Positions 18,387 through 28,362 of a stretch of 64,000 nt of DNA are shown piece after piece (within the stretch, counting starts at the first letter, position 1; each line of letters starts with the position of its first letter). The translations under genes and the position numbers were made by a program. The stretch covers positions 238,614 through 302,613 of the forward strand of contig CAWAOX010000014.1 of assembly GCA_963783835.1 (NCBI GenBank). The letters run 5' to 3'. Source of the stretch: an uncultured Actinomycetota bacterium (GTDB taxonomy: Bacteria; Actinomycetota; Thermoleophilia; RBG-16-64-13). The notes beneath the pieces were generated by a model. It was not told the origin of the DNA and made no database searches. It saw only the letters and a program-made list of their open reading frames with translations.

Positions 18387-19007
18387 CTACGTGCCCTGGG
18401 TGGACCCGGTGGTCGCGGGGCGCACCCGGATCGTCCCGTCGTACCATGACGGGCTGTAGAGAAGAACCGGCTCGTAGCCGGCTTTGGCTTTGAAGGTCAC
18501 CAGCAGGTCGATGGAGCTGTCCTTCAGGAGACTGCGGGCCGGCGGGCCCGACCAGCTGGGTTCGATGCCCACGACCGAATTCCCCACTGCGCAGGCGAAG
18601 TCCTCGGCGTCCACCCGTATGGGGGTCACTCCGTCGTTCTGAACCTTGACGTAGGCTTGATAGAAGGACTCGTCCCCCTCTGGGGCCGCGGGATCCTGTT
18701 CGCTCAGCCGCTGCTCAGGCGCGACCGGATTGAAGGTCGGCTGCATGGCGCGCACAGTGACGAGGGCCTTGCCCACTTCGATCTCTTCCCCCACCGCAGC
18801 CTCGATGTCCCCGGTCGGAGCGGAGGCGGAATCAGTGGAGGACGAGGTCGAATCCGGGCCACTGTCGTCCGGCGCGCAGGCGGCCGTCCAGACTGCGATG
18901 CCGGCGACGAGAAGGGCCAGCAGCAGAAGGGACAGGAGCCGGCGGCCCTCGCCGACGGTAGGCTGGAGCGCGGCGGCGTTCCGCGCTTTGGCAGGTCGCG
19001 CCATCAT
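18387..19007 (-). CDS. secreted/lipoprotein of unknown function (DUF4352-like beta-rich domain)
   Basis: Signal peptide with lipobox-like 'VWTAAC', S/T/D-rich linker, then beta-rich domain; stop overlaps start of upstream dehydrogenase gene by 4 nt. Confidence 0.5.
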   Translation of the reverse strand: MMARPAKARNAAALQPTVGEGRRLLSLLLLALLVAGIAVWTAACAPDDSGPDSTSSSTDSASAPTGDIEAAVGEEIEVGKALVTVRAMQPTFNPVAPEQRLSEQDPAAPEGDESFYQAYVKVQNDGVTPIRVDAEDFACAVGNSVVGIEPSWSGPPARSLLKDSSIDLLVTFKAKAGYEPVLLYSPSWYDGTIRVRPATTGSTQGT

Positions 19008-20059
19008 GAGCGGAGCTCCCCGGTCCGCGCCACGTCGGCGCGCAGCGCCTCAGAGCGCTGCACCTCCGGGTTCACCAGATGTGGGATGGGCTCGCCCCGC
19101 ACCGCGGCGATTGCGTTGAGGGCCGCCAGTTCCGCCATGCGCCCCCGGGTCTCGACTGTGGCGCTGCCGAGATGAGGCAGGAGAGTGACATTGGGCAGGT
19201 CGGCCAGCCCTGGAGCCAAACGGGGCTCCTCTTCGTAGACGTCGAGCCCCGCCCCCGCCAGGTGGCCGCTCTTCAGCGCCTGCACCAGGGCTGCCTCGTC
19301 GAGGACCGGGCCTCGCGACGCGTTGATCAGGAACGATCCTGGCCGCATGAGCGCCAACTCGCGGGCCCCGATGAGACGCCTGGTCTCGGGAAGCAGGGGC
19401 ACGTGAAGGCTCACGATGTCTGCCTCGCCCAGCAGTTCGTCGAGCCCGGGGCGGAATTGCCAGCGCGCTCCCGGAGGTGTCTGGTCCGCCGGCAGGGGAC
19501 CGCTCTTTCTCGTGTAGATCACTTCCATGTCCCAACCGGCCGCCCGCCGGGCCACGGCCTGCCCGATGCGCCCCATGCCCACGATCCCCAGGGTCGAGCC
19601 CGCGACGGCGCGACCGAGCAGCATGAACGGGCTCCAGAGCTCGAAGCGGCCCTCCCGGACCATCCGGTCACCTTCGACCACCCGCCGCAACGTGCTCAGG
19701 ATAAGGGCCCAGGTGAGGTCGGCCGTCGCGTCGGTCAGCACGCCCGGCGTGTTCGTGACCAGGATGCCGCGAGCGGTGGCGGCGGCCACATCGATGTTGT
19801 CGACTCCCACCGCCATGTTCGAGATCACTCGCAGGCGGGGCCCCGCGGCGTCCATGACCGGTGCGTCCACCGTCTCGGTGAGCAGGCAGAGCAGCGCGTC
19901 GGCGCCCGCCACTCCGCGCAGGAGTGACTCCCGCTCCAGCGGCCGGTCCTCCTCACCGCCGGTCACCGCGAAGGCTCCCCGGATCAGTGCGAGGCCGGAC
20001 TCCGGGATACGCCGGGTGAGGAATAAACGAGGTCTCATGGGTGGCTCTTGGGCATCCAT
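19004..20059 (-). CDS. D-isomer-specific 2-hydroxyacid dehydrogenase (glyoxylate/hydroxypyruvate reductase-like)
   Basis: NAD-binding 'GIVGMGRIGQAVARRA', catalytic-domain pattern '...NASRG...DVYEEEP...HLGSAT'. Confidence 0.8.
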   Translation of the reverse strand: MDAQEPPMRPRLFLTRRIPESGLALIRGAFAVTGGEEDRPLERESLLRGVAGADALLCLLTETVDAPVMDAAGPRLRVISNMAVGVDNIDVAAATARGILVTNTPGVLTDATADLTWALILSTLRRVVEGDRMVREGRFELWSPFMLLGRAVAGSTLGIVGMGRIGQAVARRAAGWDMEVIYTRKSGPLPADQTPPGARWQFRPGLDELLGEADIVSLHVPLLPETRRLIGARELALMRPGSFLINASRGPVLDEAALVQALKSGHLAGAGLDVYEEEPRLAPGLADLPNVTLLPHLGSATVETRGRMAELAALNAIAAVRGEPIPHLVNPEVQRSEALRADVARTGELRS

Positions 20060-20084
20060 CCTCGTCCAAGTATATCCTTAGGGC

Positions 20085-20981
20085 ATGTCCGGCATCCGAG
20101 TGGGCACCTGTTCCTGGACCGACCCGACCATGGTGCGGGCCTGGTATCCGCCGTCCGCGCGGACGGCCGCCGACCGGCTGCGCTACTACGCCGACCGTTT
20201 CGACACCGTCGAGGTGGACTCGAGCTACTACGGCATACCCACGCCCGCCACCGCCCGGCTGTGGGCGGAGAGGACTCCGCCGGGCTTCGTCTTTCACATC
20301 AAGGCGTTCGGCATGCTGACGCGCCACGGTGTGAAGCCCGAGCAGCTCCCTCCGCCTTTGCGGGAAGGCCACACGTTCGAACTGGATCGCGGCGGCCGCA
20401 TCCTCCACCCGGCACCCTCTCTGCGGGAGGACGCCTTCGCCTGCTTCAGCGAAGCGCTCGAGCCGTTGCGCGCCGAGGACAAGCTCGGCCTGATCCTCAT
20501 GCAGTTCCCGCCGTATTTCGTGGCCAACGAAGCCAACCGGGAGTACATCGCGCAGAGCGCCCACCGGCTGGCCCCCGACAGGATGGCCGTGGAATTCCGG
20601 CACATGTCCTGGGTAGAGACGGAGGAGTTGGAGGAGACCCTGGAGTTGCTCGCTTCGGTGAGAGCGTCCTACGTCTGTGTGGACGAGCCCCGCATCGACA
20701 GGGCGAACGCGCTGCCACCCGTCGCCGCCGCGACCTCCGACATAGCCTACGTGCGCTTCAACGGCCGCAACGCCCTCACTTGGAACGCCCGGGTCAAGAC
20801 GGCCGCCGAGCGTTTCAACTACCTCTACTCGGCGGAGGAACTGACCGAGTGGGTGGAGCCGGTCCGGCGCCTGCAGAAGCAGGCGCCGACCACCTATGTC
20901 ATGTTCAACAACTGTTTCGCGGACTACGCCCCGCGTAACGCGCAGCAGATGGCGTCGCTGCTCGACGTCGCGGGCGAGTAG
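20085..20981 (+). CDS. DUF72 (YecE-like) family protein
   Basis: 'IRVGTCSWTD...YYADRFDTVEVDSSYY...FVFHIKAF' matches the DUF72 family pattern. Confidence 0.75.
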   Translation: MSGIRVGTCSWTDPTMVRAWYPPSARTAADRLRYYADRFDTVEVDSSYYGIPTPATARLWAERTPPGFVFHIKAFGMLTRHGVKPEQLPPPLREGHTFELDRGGRILHPAPSLREDAFACFSEALEPLRAEDKLGLILMQFPPYFVANEANREYIAQSAHRLAPDRMAVEFRHMSWVETEELEETLELLASVRASYVCVDEPRIDRANALPPVAAATSDIAYVRFNGRNALTWNARVKTAAERFNYLYSAEELTEWVEPVRRLQKQAPTTYVMFNNCFADYAPRNAQQMASLLDVAGE

Positions 20982-21122
20982 CCGGGGCCCAGGCGGGCGC
21001 GGCGGCGCCGCAAAAAGGGGCGGCGCCCCGAGGGGCGCCGCCCGGAAAGAACGATCATACTCGACCCGAAAAAGGCGGTACGCCTCCCCCGAGCCCGGCG
21101 GCTCTACGCCGCCCAGCCTGCC

Positions 21123-22475
21123 TCACACTTTGGGCAGCTTCTTCATCGCCTCTTTGATCTTCTCTTCAGGATACGCGTAGTCCTCGAGCTTGCCGTCGAG
21201 GTAGTTATCGTAGGCCGCCATGTCGAAGTGGCCATGCCCGCTCATGTTGAAGAGAATGGTCTTCTCGTCGCCGGACTGCCTGCATTCGTCTGCGATCCGC
21301 CTGACGGCCGCGATAGCGTGCGAGCTCTCCGGGGCGGGGATGATGCCTTCCGACCGGGCGAACGAGACACCGGCAGAGAAGGCCTCGGTCTGAAGCACCG
21401 ACTGGGCCTCGACGAGACCGAGCTGGTGGCAATGCGAAACCATCGGAGCCATCCCGTGGTAGCGCAGGCCGCCTGCATGGATGCCGGGCGGGATGAAATC
21501 GTGGCCCAGCGTGTCCATCTTCAAGAGTGGGGTCAGCTTGGACGTGTCGCCGTAGTCGAAAGCGTAGACCCCCTTGGTCATGGAGGGGCAGGCCGCCGGT
21601 TCGACAGCGATGATCCTGGTCTTCTTGCCCTTCTTGATGTTCTCGCCCACGAACGGGAAACCGATGCCGGCGAAGTTGGAGCCGCCGCCGACGCACCCCA
21701 CGACGAAGTCGGGGTACGCGCCCGCCAACTCCATCTGCTCGAGGGCCTCCTGCCCGATGACCGTCTGATGGAGCAGAACGTGATTGAGTACCGAACCCAG
21801 CGAGTAGTGGGTGTCGTCGCGCTGGGCCGCGATTTCGACCGCTTCGCTGATGGCTATGCCCAGGCTACCGGGTGAATCCGGGTCCTCGGCCAGGATCCTG
21901 CGGCCCGATTCGGTGGTGTCGGAGGGGCTGGGGATGACTTCCGCGCCCCACACCCGGATCATGCTCCGGCGATACGGCTTCTGGAAGTAGGAGACCTTCA
22001 CCATGTAGACCAAGCACTCCATGCCGAACATCTGGCAGGCGAGGGCCAGCGCGCTGCCCCACTGCCCGGCGCCGGTCTCGGTGGTCAGCTTGGTGACGCC
22101 TTCCTGCTTGTTGTACCAGGCCTGCGCTACCGCCGTGTTGGGCTTGTGAGACCCGGCCGGGCTGACGCCCTCGTACTTGAAGTAGATCTTGGCTGGAGTG
22201 TCGAGCACTTTTTCCCATCGGGCGGCGCGGATGAGCGGGGTGGGCCGCCACAGCTTGTAGATCTCCCGGACCTCATCGGGGATCTCGATCAGGGGCTCCG
22301 TCGACATCTCCTGCATGATGAGACCCATCGGGAACAGCGGCGCGAGGTCATCTGGACCGGCGGGCTGCAGCGTTCCCGGGTGGAGGGGCGGGGGCGGGGG
22401 CGCGGGGAGATCGGCCGCGACGTTATACCACGACGTCGGTATCCGGTCTTCCGGGAGCAAGTACTTAGTCGCCAT
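21123..22475 (-). CDS. TrpB-like PLP-dependent enzyme (tryptophan synthase beta chain type 2)
   Basis: '[23 protein letters not shown]', '[16 protein letters not shown]', '[13 protein letters not shown]' are typical of TrpB2. Confidence 0.85.
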   Translation of the reverse strand: MATKYLLPEDRIPTSWYNVAADLPAPPPPPLHPGTLQPAGPDDLAPLFPMGLIMQEMSTEPLIEIPDEVREIYKLWRPTPLIRAARWEKVLDTPAKIYFKYEGVSPAGSHKPNTAVAQAWYNKQEGVTKLTTETGAGQWGSALALACQMFGMECLVYMVKVSYFQKPYRRSMIRVWGAEVIPSPSDTTESGRRILAEDPDSPGSLGIAISEAVEIAAQRDDTHYSLGSVLNHVLLHQTVIGQEALEQMELAGAYPDFVVGCVGGGSNFAGIGFPFVGENIKKGKKTRIIAVEPAACPSMTKGVYAFDYGDTSKLTPLLKMDTLGHDFIPPGIHAGGLRYHGMAPMVSHCHQLGLVEAQSVLQTEAFSAGVSFARSEGIIPAPESSHAIAAVRRIADECRQSGDEKTILFNMSGHGHFDMAAYDNYLDGKLEDYAYPEEKIKEAMKKLPKV

Positions 22476-22612
22476 GCCTTTTGTGCCTTTCCATCCTTTT
22501 GAGGGCTAGAGAGAGGCCAAAGTAGCACAAAAGCCAGGAAACGTGCATGATTAGACGAGAAGGGGGTATTCTACCGTCGTTCTAGCATCGACCCAGGACT
22601 CCGGGAGGCGTT

Positions 22613-24106
22613 ATGGCCGATCTTCTCCGCTTGACGCCCGATACGCTGGAATTCGTCCTGCTCTCCTTCGAAGGACCCGACCAGTACGCCATGGCGGGCG
22701 GGCTCGGGGTGCGGATGAAGGAGTTGGCGCTCGAACTGGCCCGCCAGGGGTTCCAGACGCATCTCGTGTTCATCGGCGATCCGGATCTGCCCGCGCTCGA
22801 ATCGCCGGCTGAGAATCTCACGCTCCACCGCTGGGGCCAGTGGCTCTCGGCCCACTTCCGGGGCGGCGTCTACCAGGGAGAAGAGGCCAAGCTTATCGAC
22901 TGGAACGAGCAACTCCCCGGTTACGTCGTTTCCCGCCTGGTCAGACCCGCGGCGGTGGCGGGCCGTCTCACTGCGGTGCTGGCCGAGGAGTGGCACACCG
23001 CCTACTCCACCTGCCAGCTATCCGATCGCCTCTGGGCCGAAGGGCTTCGCGACAAGGCCATTCTTCTCTGGAACGCCAACAACGTGATGGGGTTCGATCG
23101 CATCAACTGGGGCCGCCTGGACTTCTGCTCGCAGATAACCACCGTCTCCCGCTACATGAAGCACGTGATGTGGGACCGGGCCGTGAATCCGCTTGTGATC
23201 CCCAACGGGATCCCGGGGGACAGGGTCAAGCGGGCCGACCCGGATCTGGTGGGCAGATTGAGAGCCGCCTTTGCCGGGCGGGAGCTCGTCTTCAAGATAG
23301 GGCGCTTCAGTCCCGACAAGCGCTGGCACATGGCCCTGGACGCGATGGTTGAGGAGAAGCGGGCGGGCCACGACGTCGCCACCGTGATACGCGGCGGGGT
23401 GGAGCCGCACGGGGCGGAAGTGCTCGCCGATGCCAAGGCCCGGGGCCTGCAGATCGTCGATGTCCGGCCCCCGCGCGACCCCCAGGAGGCCATCGAGGCG
23501 CTTGCCCAGACCCCGCGGGCGGACGTCTACAACATCGCCAGCTTCATGAGCGACGAACTGATATCCGTCTTCTACACGGGCGCCGACGCCGTCCTTGCCA
23601 ATTCGGGCCACGAGCCGTTCGGCCTGGTGGGACTGGAGGTCATGGCCGCCGGCGGCGTCACCTTCGTCGGCACTACCGGCGAGGACTACGCGGTGCCGTT
23701 CCTGAACTGCATCGCGCTCGACACCGACGACCCCACCGAGATCAACATCGGCCTCGACTTCCTGCGGAGGCACCCGGATATCGTCGAGCGCATGCGTGCC
23801 GACGCGCAGGAGACGGCCCAGAGTTTCAGCTGGAAGAACGTCGTGGAGGACAACCTGCTGGGCAAACTGCGCTATGTGGCCCTTCGCCAGCTTGTCACCC
23901 CGCCGGGCAACAGCGAGACTGCCGCGGGGCCGGCGGGGCCGGTGGAGGCGGCGCCCGAAGAGGCACCGGTCGCGGCGCCCACTCCCGCCCGAAAGACGAA
24001 GGCGCCGAAGCCAGAGGGGGGCGATTCGGTCGCCTATGGCGGCGGGTCGATGACCCGGCGCCCTTCCATCAAACCGCAGACATCGAAGACCGTAAGGACC
24101 GGTTAG
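22613..24106 (+). CDS. GT4-family glycosyltransferase (likely alpha-glucan/glycogen-type glucosyltransferase)
   Basis: N-domain 'GGLGVRMKELALELARQG'; C-domain 'ANSGHEPFGLVGLEVMAAGGVTFVGTTGEDYAVPF' (EX7E-like GT4 signature). Confidence 0.8.
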   Translation: MADLLRLTPDTLEFVLLSFEGPDQYAMAGGLGVRMKELALELARQGFQTHLVFIGDPDLPALESPAENLTLHRWGQWLSAHFRGGVYQGEEAKLIDWNEQLPGYVVSRLVRPAAVAGRLTAVLAEEWHTAYSTCQLSDRLWAEGLRDKAILLWNANNVMGFDRINWGRLDFCSQITTVSRYMKHVMWDRAVNPLVIPNGIPGDRVKRADPDLVGRLRAAFAGRELVFKIGRFSPDKRWHMALDAMVEEKRAGHDVATVIRGGVEPHGAEVLADAKARGLQIVDVRPPRDPQEAIEALAQTPRADVYNIASFMSDELISVFYTGADAVLANSGHEPFGLVGLEVMAAGGVTFVGTTGEDYAVPFLNCIALDTDDPTEINIGLDFLRRHPDIVERMRADAQETAQSFSWKNVVEDNLLGKLRYVALRQLVTPPGNSETAAGPAGPVEAAPEEAPVAAPTPARKTKAPKPEGGDSVAYGGGSMTRRPSIKPQTSKTVRTG

Positions 24107-24114
24107 GGGGACCC

Positions 24115-25326
24115 GTGGCCGAGAACCTCGTAACGTACTGCGTCGTGCATCAGCCGCGACGCATCAAGCTGCCCGCGCAGGTCATCCCGGCAGGCACGAA
24201 GCCGGAAGACATGGCGCCCTATCTGCTGGACGATGCCATGAATCGGCGCTACTTCGAGAAGGTGGCCCGCTGGTGCTACTACCCTGCCTGCCAGATGTTC
24301 CTGGACATGCTGGACGAGGGCTACAAGTTGGGCCTGGGGTTCTCTGTGAGCTTCCTGTGGCAGCTGAGCCGGTGGGACAGCCACTTGGCGGAGCGTTTCC
24401 GGCAGCTCGTGGCCCATCCCAACTGCGAGCTGGTCGGGGTCGAGCCCTACCACAGCTTCGCGTTTGCCATCGACATTGAGCTCTTCCGGACGGAGATGAA
24501 GCGCGGCAAGGACTTCGCCGAGGACTTCTTCGACAAAGAGATCCGGGTGACCGACACGACCGAGATGGTCATGAACAACGAGGTCTACTACGCGTTGCTG
24601 CAATCCGGCTATCGGGCCGGCATGCTCGACGGCCGCAAGTGGGTGCTCGGCTGGCGCGAGCCGACCCATCTCTACCGCTACGGAGGGCGCGACCTCGACC
24701 TCTTCTGCCGCCACCACGAACTCTCGGATGACGTCGGCTATCGCTTCAGCAACAAGACCTGGTCGGGATATCCCCTCCGCGCCGACGCCTACGCCGAGCA
24801 TCTGCGCAGCACCTGGGGCGACTTTGTCTTCATAGGGTGGGACTTCGAGACGTTCGGCGAGCATCACAGCATCGATACGGGCATCTTCGACTTCATGCGG
24901 GCGATGCCCGCCCAGCTCAAGCGGCAGGGCGTTCGCTGCCTCACACCCAGCGAAGCGGCCGATGAGTTCGGCAACGCGTCGCTGCCGGATCTGCCCCTGC
25001 CCGAGTTTGGCACCACCTGGGCCGGCTCCGGGGGAATGGAGTTCTTCCTGGGCAACGCCTCGCAGCAGGCGATCTTCAGGCTGATGCACTCGGTGCTCCA
25101 CAAGGCTCGTCTGACCGGTGACCCCACGTTGGTCGACCTCGCGCTCTGGCTGCTCCAGTCCGATAATCTGCACCTCATCCAGTGGGCGGGTCGCTCGGGC
25201 TCTGAAGCCGAGGTATCGGCATACTTCACACCGGACGAGTGGTGGGATCTTGGCCCGGACAGGATCCTCACCGAGCAGCAGCGTGTGTACACGAACTTCG
25301 TCCGGGCGATGGATGACCACGTCTGA
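24115..25326 (+). CDS. glycoside hydrolase family 57-like protein (short form)
   Basis: 'YCVVHQPRR' and 'WDFETFGEHH' resemble GH57 conserved regions; GTG start 9 nt after GT4 stop. Confidence 0.7.
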   Translation: MAENLVTYCVVHQPRRIKLPAQVIPAGTKPEDMAPYLLDDAMNRRYFEKVARWCYYPACQMFLDMLDEGYKLGLGFSVSFLWQLSRWDSHLAERFRQLVAHPNCELVGVEPYHSFAFAIDIELFRTEMKRGKDFAEDFFDKEIRVTDTTEMVMNNEVYYALLQSGYRAGMLDGRKWVLGWREPTHLYRYGGRDLDLFCRHHELSDDVGYRFSNKTWSGYPLRADAYAEHLRSTWGDFVFIGWDFETFGEHHSIDTGIFDFMRAMPAQLKRQGVRCLTPSEAADEFGNASLPDLPLPEFGTTWAGSGGMEFFLGNASQQAIFRLMHSVLHKARLTGDPTLVDLALWLLQSDNLHLIQWAGRSGSEAEVSAYFTPDEWWDLGPDRILTEQQRVYTNFVRAMDDHV

Positions 25327-27487
25327 GCCGATCCACGTAGCGTTCGTCTGGCACATGCACCAGCCGTATTACCGGTCCGCTCGGACCGGAGCTTTCCAGA
25401 TGCCCTGGGCCCGGCTCCATGCGCTGAAGGACTACCTCGACATGGTCGAGATCCTGGCCGACTATCCGACGATCCACCAGACCTTCAACCTCGTCCCTTC
25501 TCTCATCGAGCAACTGGAGGATTACGCGGCGGGCGGTGTGGCCGACGTGTACTGGGAGCACACGATGAAGCCGGCGACGGACCTCTCGCCGAGCGAACGG
25601 GCGTTCATCGTGGAGCGCATGTGCGAGCGTTCCGACCACCCCCGGGCCAAGTCTCACCCCCGCTACCTGGAACTCGCGAGGAAAAGGGAGTCGGAGGCAT
25701 GTCGGGGATGGGATGCGTGCGGCGGATCGTTCAGCGTCGACGAGCTTCGCGACCTCCAGATATGGTTCGATCTCGCCTGGTTCGACCCGACTCTGCTGGA
25801 AGCTCCGGCGCTCGCCCCCCTCGTCGAGCGCGGCCGGGACTACCGGGAAGAGGACAAGGTGACCCTCGCCCAGGTTGAGCGCGATATCCTGGCCGGAGTC
25901 ATCCCCGCGTACGGGGAGGCTGCGGCTCGGGGGCAGATCGAGCTGTCGACCTCTCCCTATTTTCATCCCATCCTCCCGCTACTCGCAAACAGCGACACGG
26001 CCCGCGTCGGCGCGGCCGACACGGTGTTGCCCCACCGGCGCTATGCCCACGCCGAGGATGCCTGGGAGCAGGTCCAGAGCGGCGCGGCCAAACACGAGCG
26101 GGTCTTCGGAACTCCACCCCGAGGGATGTGGTGCTCTGAGCAAGCGGTCGGAGAAGACGTGCTGCCGCTCTTGATGAGGGCCGGAATCGAGTGGACGATC
26201 AGCGACCAGACGGTCCTTTCCCGCTCGCTGTCGGGCAGTGCGGACCGCGGCGCTGCCGAACGCCTGGGAGAAGCCGGCCATGACCCCGCCTCCCCCTACG
26301 CGCCCTATCTGCTCCACCGGGAAGAGGGCGAAATGGCGATCGTCTTCCGCGATCATACCCTGTCGGACCTTATAGGCTTCGGCTACCAGAGTTGGGACTC
26401 GCGTGACGCCGCCCACGACCTGCTGGGTCGCATCCGCGCCATCGGGACGGTGGGCGCGCCGCTTGTCACCATCGCCCTCGACGGCGAGAACGCCTGGGAG
26501 CACTACCCGCACGACGGCCGGGACTTCCTTCGGTACCTTTACGAAGGCCTCGCGGCCGACCCGGCGATCCGCTGCGTGACGGTGTCCGAGTTCCTCGACC
26601 GGCATCCCGCCACCGAGAAGCTCGACTGGCTCCATACCGGCTCCTGGATAGGAGGCGATCTGCGGACCTGGAGCGGCGACCCCGGGCACAACACAGCCTG
26701 GGACCTCCTCCATGACGCGCGAGATCTCGCGGCCTCCCGCCGGCCGATGACCCGCGCGGAGGTGGACGGAGACCCGCTCGAAGCCGCCGAAGAGGCCTGG
26801 CGCCACATACTGATCGCCGAAGGAAGCGACTGGTTCTGGTGGTTCGGCGAGCATCACCACACCGAACTCGACCATGTGTGGGACCTGGAGTTCAGGCACC
26901 ACCTGCAGGAAGTCTACAGGTGTCTGGGGGAGCCCGTCCCCATCCGGCTTTATCTCCCCGTGCTGACTGAGGGCGCGACCACCCACCTGGCATCGCCGAC
27001 GGGGACGATCGAGCCGGTGATCGACGGCAGGCTGAGGAGCGAGGACGGCTGGGACGCCGCGGGGTCGCTGCCGCCGGATCACCCGTCGACCATGCAGCGG
27101 GCCGACGGGGCGCACATCGTCGAGGCGCGGTTTGGATGGGGGATTGAGCATCTCTATCTGCTGCTGATCCCTCGGGACGTGACGGACCTGGCGGGACTGG
27201 AACTGGAGTTGAGGGTCGGGCCTGCGGGAGACGAGGACCAGTCGGCGTTTCATATGACGCTCGCGGAGAATGGGCGGATGGAGGTAAGCTGCAGCCAGTG
27301 CGGACATCTGGCCGGTACTGCAAGAGGCGCATGGGGAGACGTGGTCGAGATCGCACTGCCCCTCGCCGTCCCCGCCCGGGCGGATGATGACCGGCTGGAT
27401 CTGGTTCTTCGCGCCGGGCGGCAAGGGATGACGGATCACGTGTTCCGCTCTGCCGGCCTGGCGTCTTTAGGAGAGGTTGAACCATGA
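25313..27487 (+). CDS. glycoside hydrolase family 57 enzyme (branching enzyme / alpha-amylase / glucanotransferase type) with C-terminal extension
   Basis: Signature 'VAFVWHMHQPYYR', 'GSDWFWWFGEHHH'; start placed at internal Met 'MTTSEPIHV', which overlaps the preceding gene's end by 14 nt. Confidence 0.8.
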   Translation: MTTSEPIHVAFVWHMHQPYYRSARTGAFQMPWARLHALKDYLDMVEILADYPTIHQTFNLVPSLIEQLEDYAAGGVADVYWEHTMKPATDLSPSERAFIVERMCERSDHPRAKSHPRYLELARKRESEACRGWDACGGSFSVDELRDLQIWFDLAWFDPTLLEAPALAPLVERGRDYREEDKVTLAQVERDILAGVIPAYGEAAARGQIELSTSPYFHPILPLLANSDTARVGAADTVLPHRRYAHAEDAWEQVQSGAAKHERVFGTPPRGMWCSEQAVGEDVLPLLMRAGIEWTISDQTVLSRSLSGSADRGAAERLGEAGHDPASPYAPYLLHREEGEMAIVFRDHTLSDLIGFGYQSWDSRDAAHDLLGRIRAIGTVGAPLVTIALDGENAWEHYPHDGRDFLRYLYEGLAADPAIRCVTVSEFLDRHPATEKLDWLHTGSWIGGDLRTWSGDPGHNTAWDLLHDARDLAASRRPMTRAEVDGDPLEAAEEAWRHILIAEGSDWFWWFGEHHHTELDHVWDLEFRHHLQEVYRCLGEPVPIRLYLPVLTEGATTHLASPTGTIEPVIDGRLRSEDGWDAAGSLPPDHPSTMQRADGAHIVEARFGWGIEHLYLLLIPRDVTDLAGLELELRVGPAGDEDQSAFHMTLAENGRMEVSCSQCGHLAGTARGAWGDVVEIALPLAVPARADDDRLDLVLRAGRQGMTDHVFRSAGLASLGEVEP

Positions 27488-28362
27488 AATCCCTGGATAT
27501 GATTACATTCCTTACCGATTTCGGCTGGTGCGGGGGGTACGTCGCGGCCTGCGAGGCCACCATCGCCCGCGTGAGCCCGAGCGCCCGGGTGCTGCACGTG
27601 TCGCACGAGGTGCCGATAGGCGACGTGGCGGCCGGAGCCCTTGTCCTGGCCAGGGTCGCCCCGCTGTGTCCCGAAGCGGTGCATCTAGGGGTCATCGACC
27701 CGGGCGTAGGCACTACGCGGCGTCCGGTCGCGCTTTCGGCCGCTCGCGGGGACATCCTGGTAGGACCCGACAACGGCCTTCTTATCGACGCAGCGGAAGC
27801 GCTCGGTGGCTTGAACCGAGCCTGGGCTCTTGACGTCGAGCGGGTCCGCATCCGTGCCGGTCTTCCGATGGAGGGGGTCTCGACCACTTTCCATGGGCGC
27901 GACCTGTTCGCGCCTGCTTCGGCGCTCCTGGCTGCCGGGGTAGATCCTGCCTCTCTCGGCCGGTCCGTGGATCTCGCCTCTCTGGTGCGGCTGGCCCCCA
28001 GTCCCGCCCAGGCGATCGGCGGCGGGGTATCCGCTCCCGTCATCGAGATCGACCGCTTCGGCAACGTCGGTCTCGGGCTGTCCTTTGCCGAACTCCCGGC
28101 CGGGCAAGGCGCAAACGCCGAGTTCCTCGTCGAGGTGGCCGGCGACGGTCTGCCCGAGTGGAGCGCCCGGATGGTGACCACCTACGGGGAGCTCTTCCCG
28201 GGCGAACTCGGCCTTATCAGGGACTCGTGGGGCCAGGCGGCTCTCGCCCTCAACGGTGCCAGCGCTTCCGAGTTCCTGGGCGTGAGGCGCGGCGTGACGG
28301 TCACGTTGACGCCCGCCACCGGCGGTAGAGCCGGCGGCGGGGCCGCGGAGGCGAAACGGTGA
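27484..28362 (+). CDS. SAM hydroxide adenosyltransferase (DUF62; fluorinase/chlorinase-like SAM hydrolase)
   Basis: 'ITFLTDFG...', 'VIDPGVGTTRRPVAL', 'LVGPDNGLL', 'FHGRDLFAPA' fit the DUF62 family; ATGA overlap with GH57 stop and GGAGAGG SD. Confidence 0.75.
   Translation: MKSLDMITFLTDFGWCGGYVAACEATIARVSPSARVLHVSHEVPIGDVAAGALVLARVAPLCPEAVHLGVIDPGVGTTRRPVALSAARGDILVGPDNGLLIDAAEALGGLNRAWALDVERVRIRAGLPMEGVSTTFHGRDLFAPASALLAAGVDPASLGRSVDLASLVRLAPSPAQAIGGGVSAPVIEIDRFGNVGLGLSFAELPAGQGANAEFLVEVAGDGLPEWSARMVTTYGELFPGELGLIRDSWGQAALALNGASASEFLGVRRGVTVTLTPATGGRAGGGAAEAKR

Noticed and set aside
25979-28181. 486-aa and 429-aa minus-strand ORFs antisense to the GH57 and DUF62 genes
   Set aside because: They overlap well-supported plus-strand genes and their products are low-complexity and R/P/G-rich.
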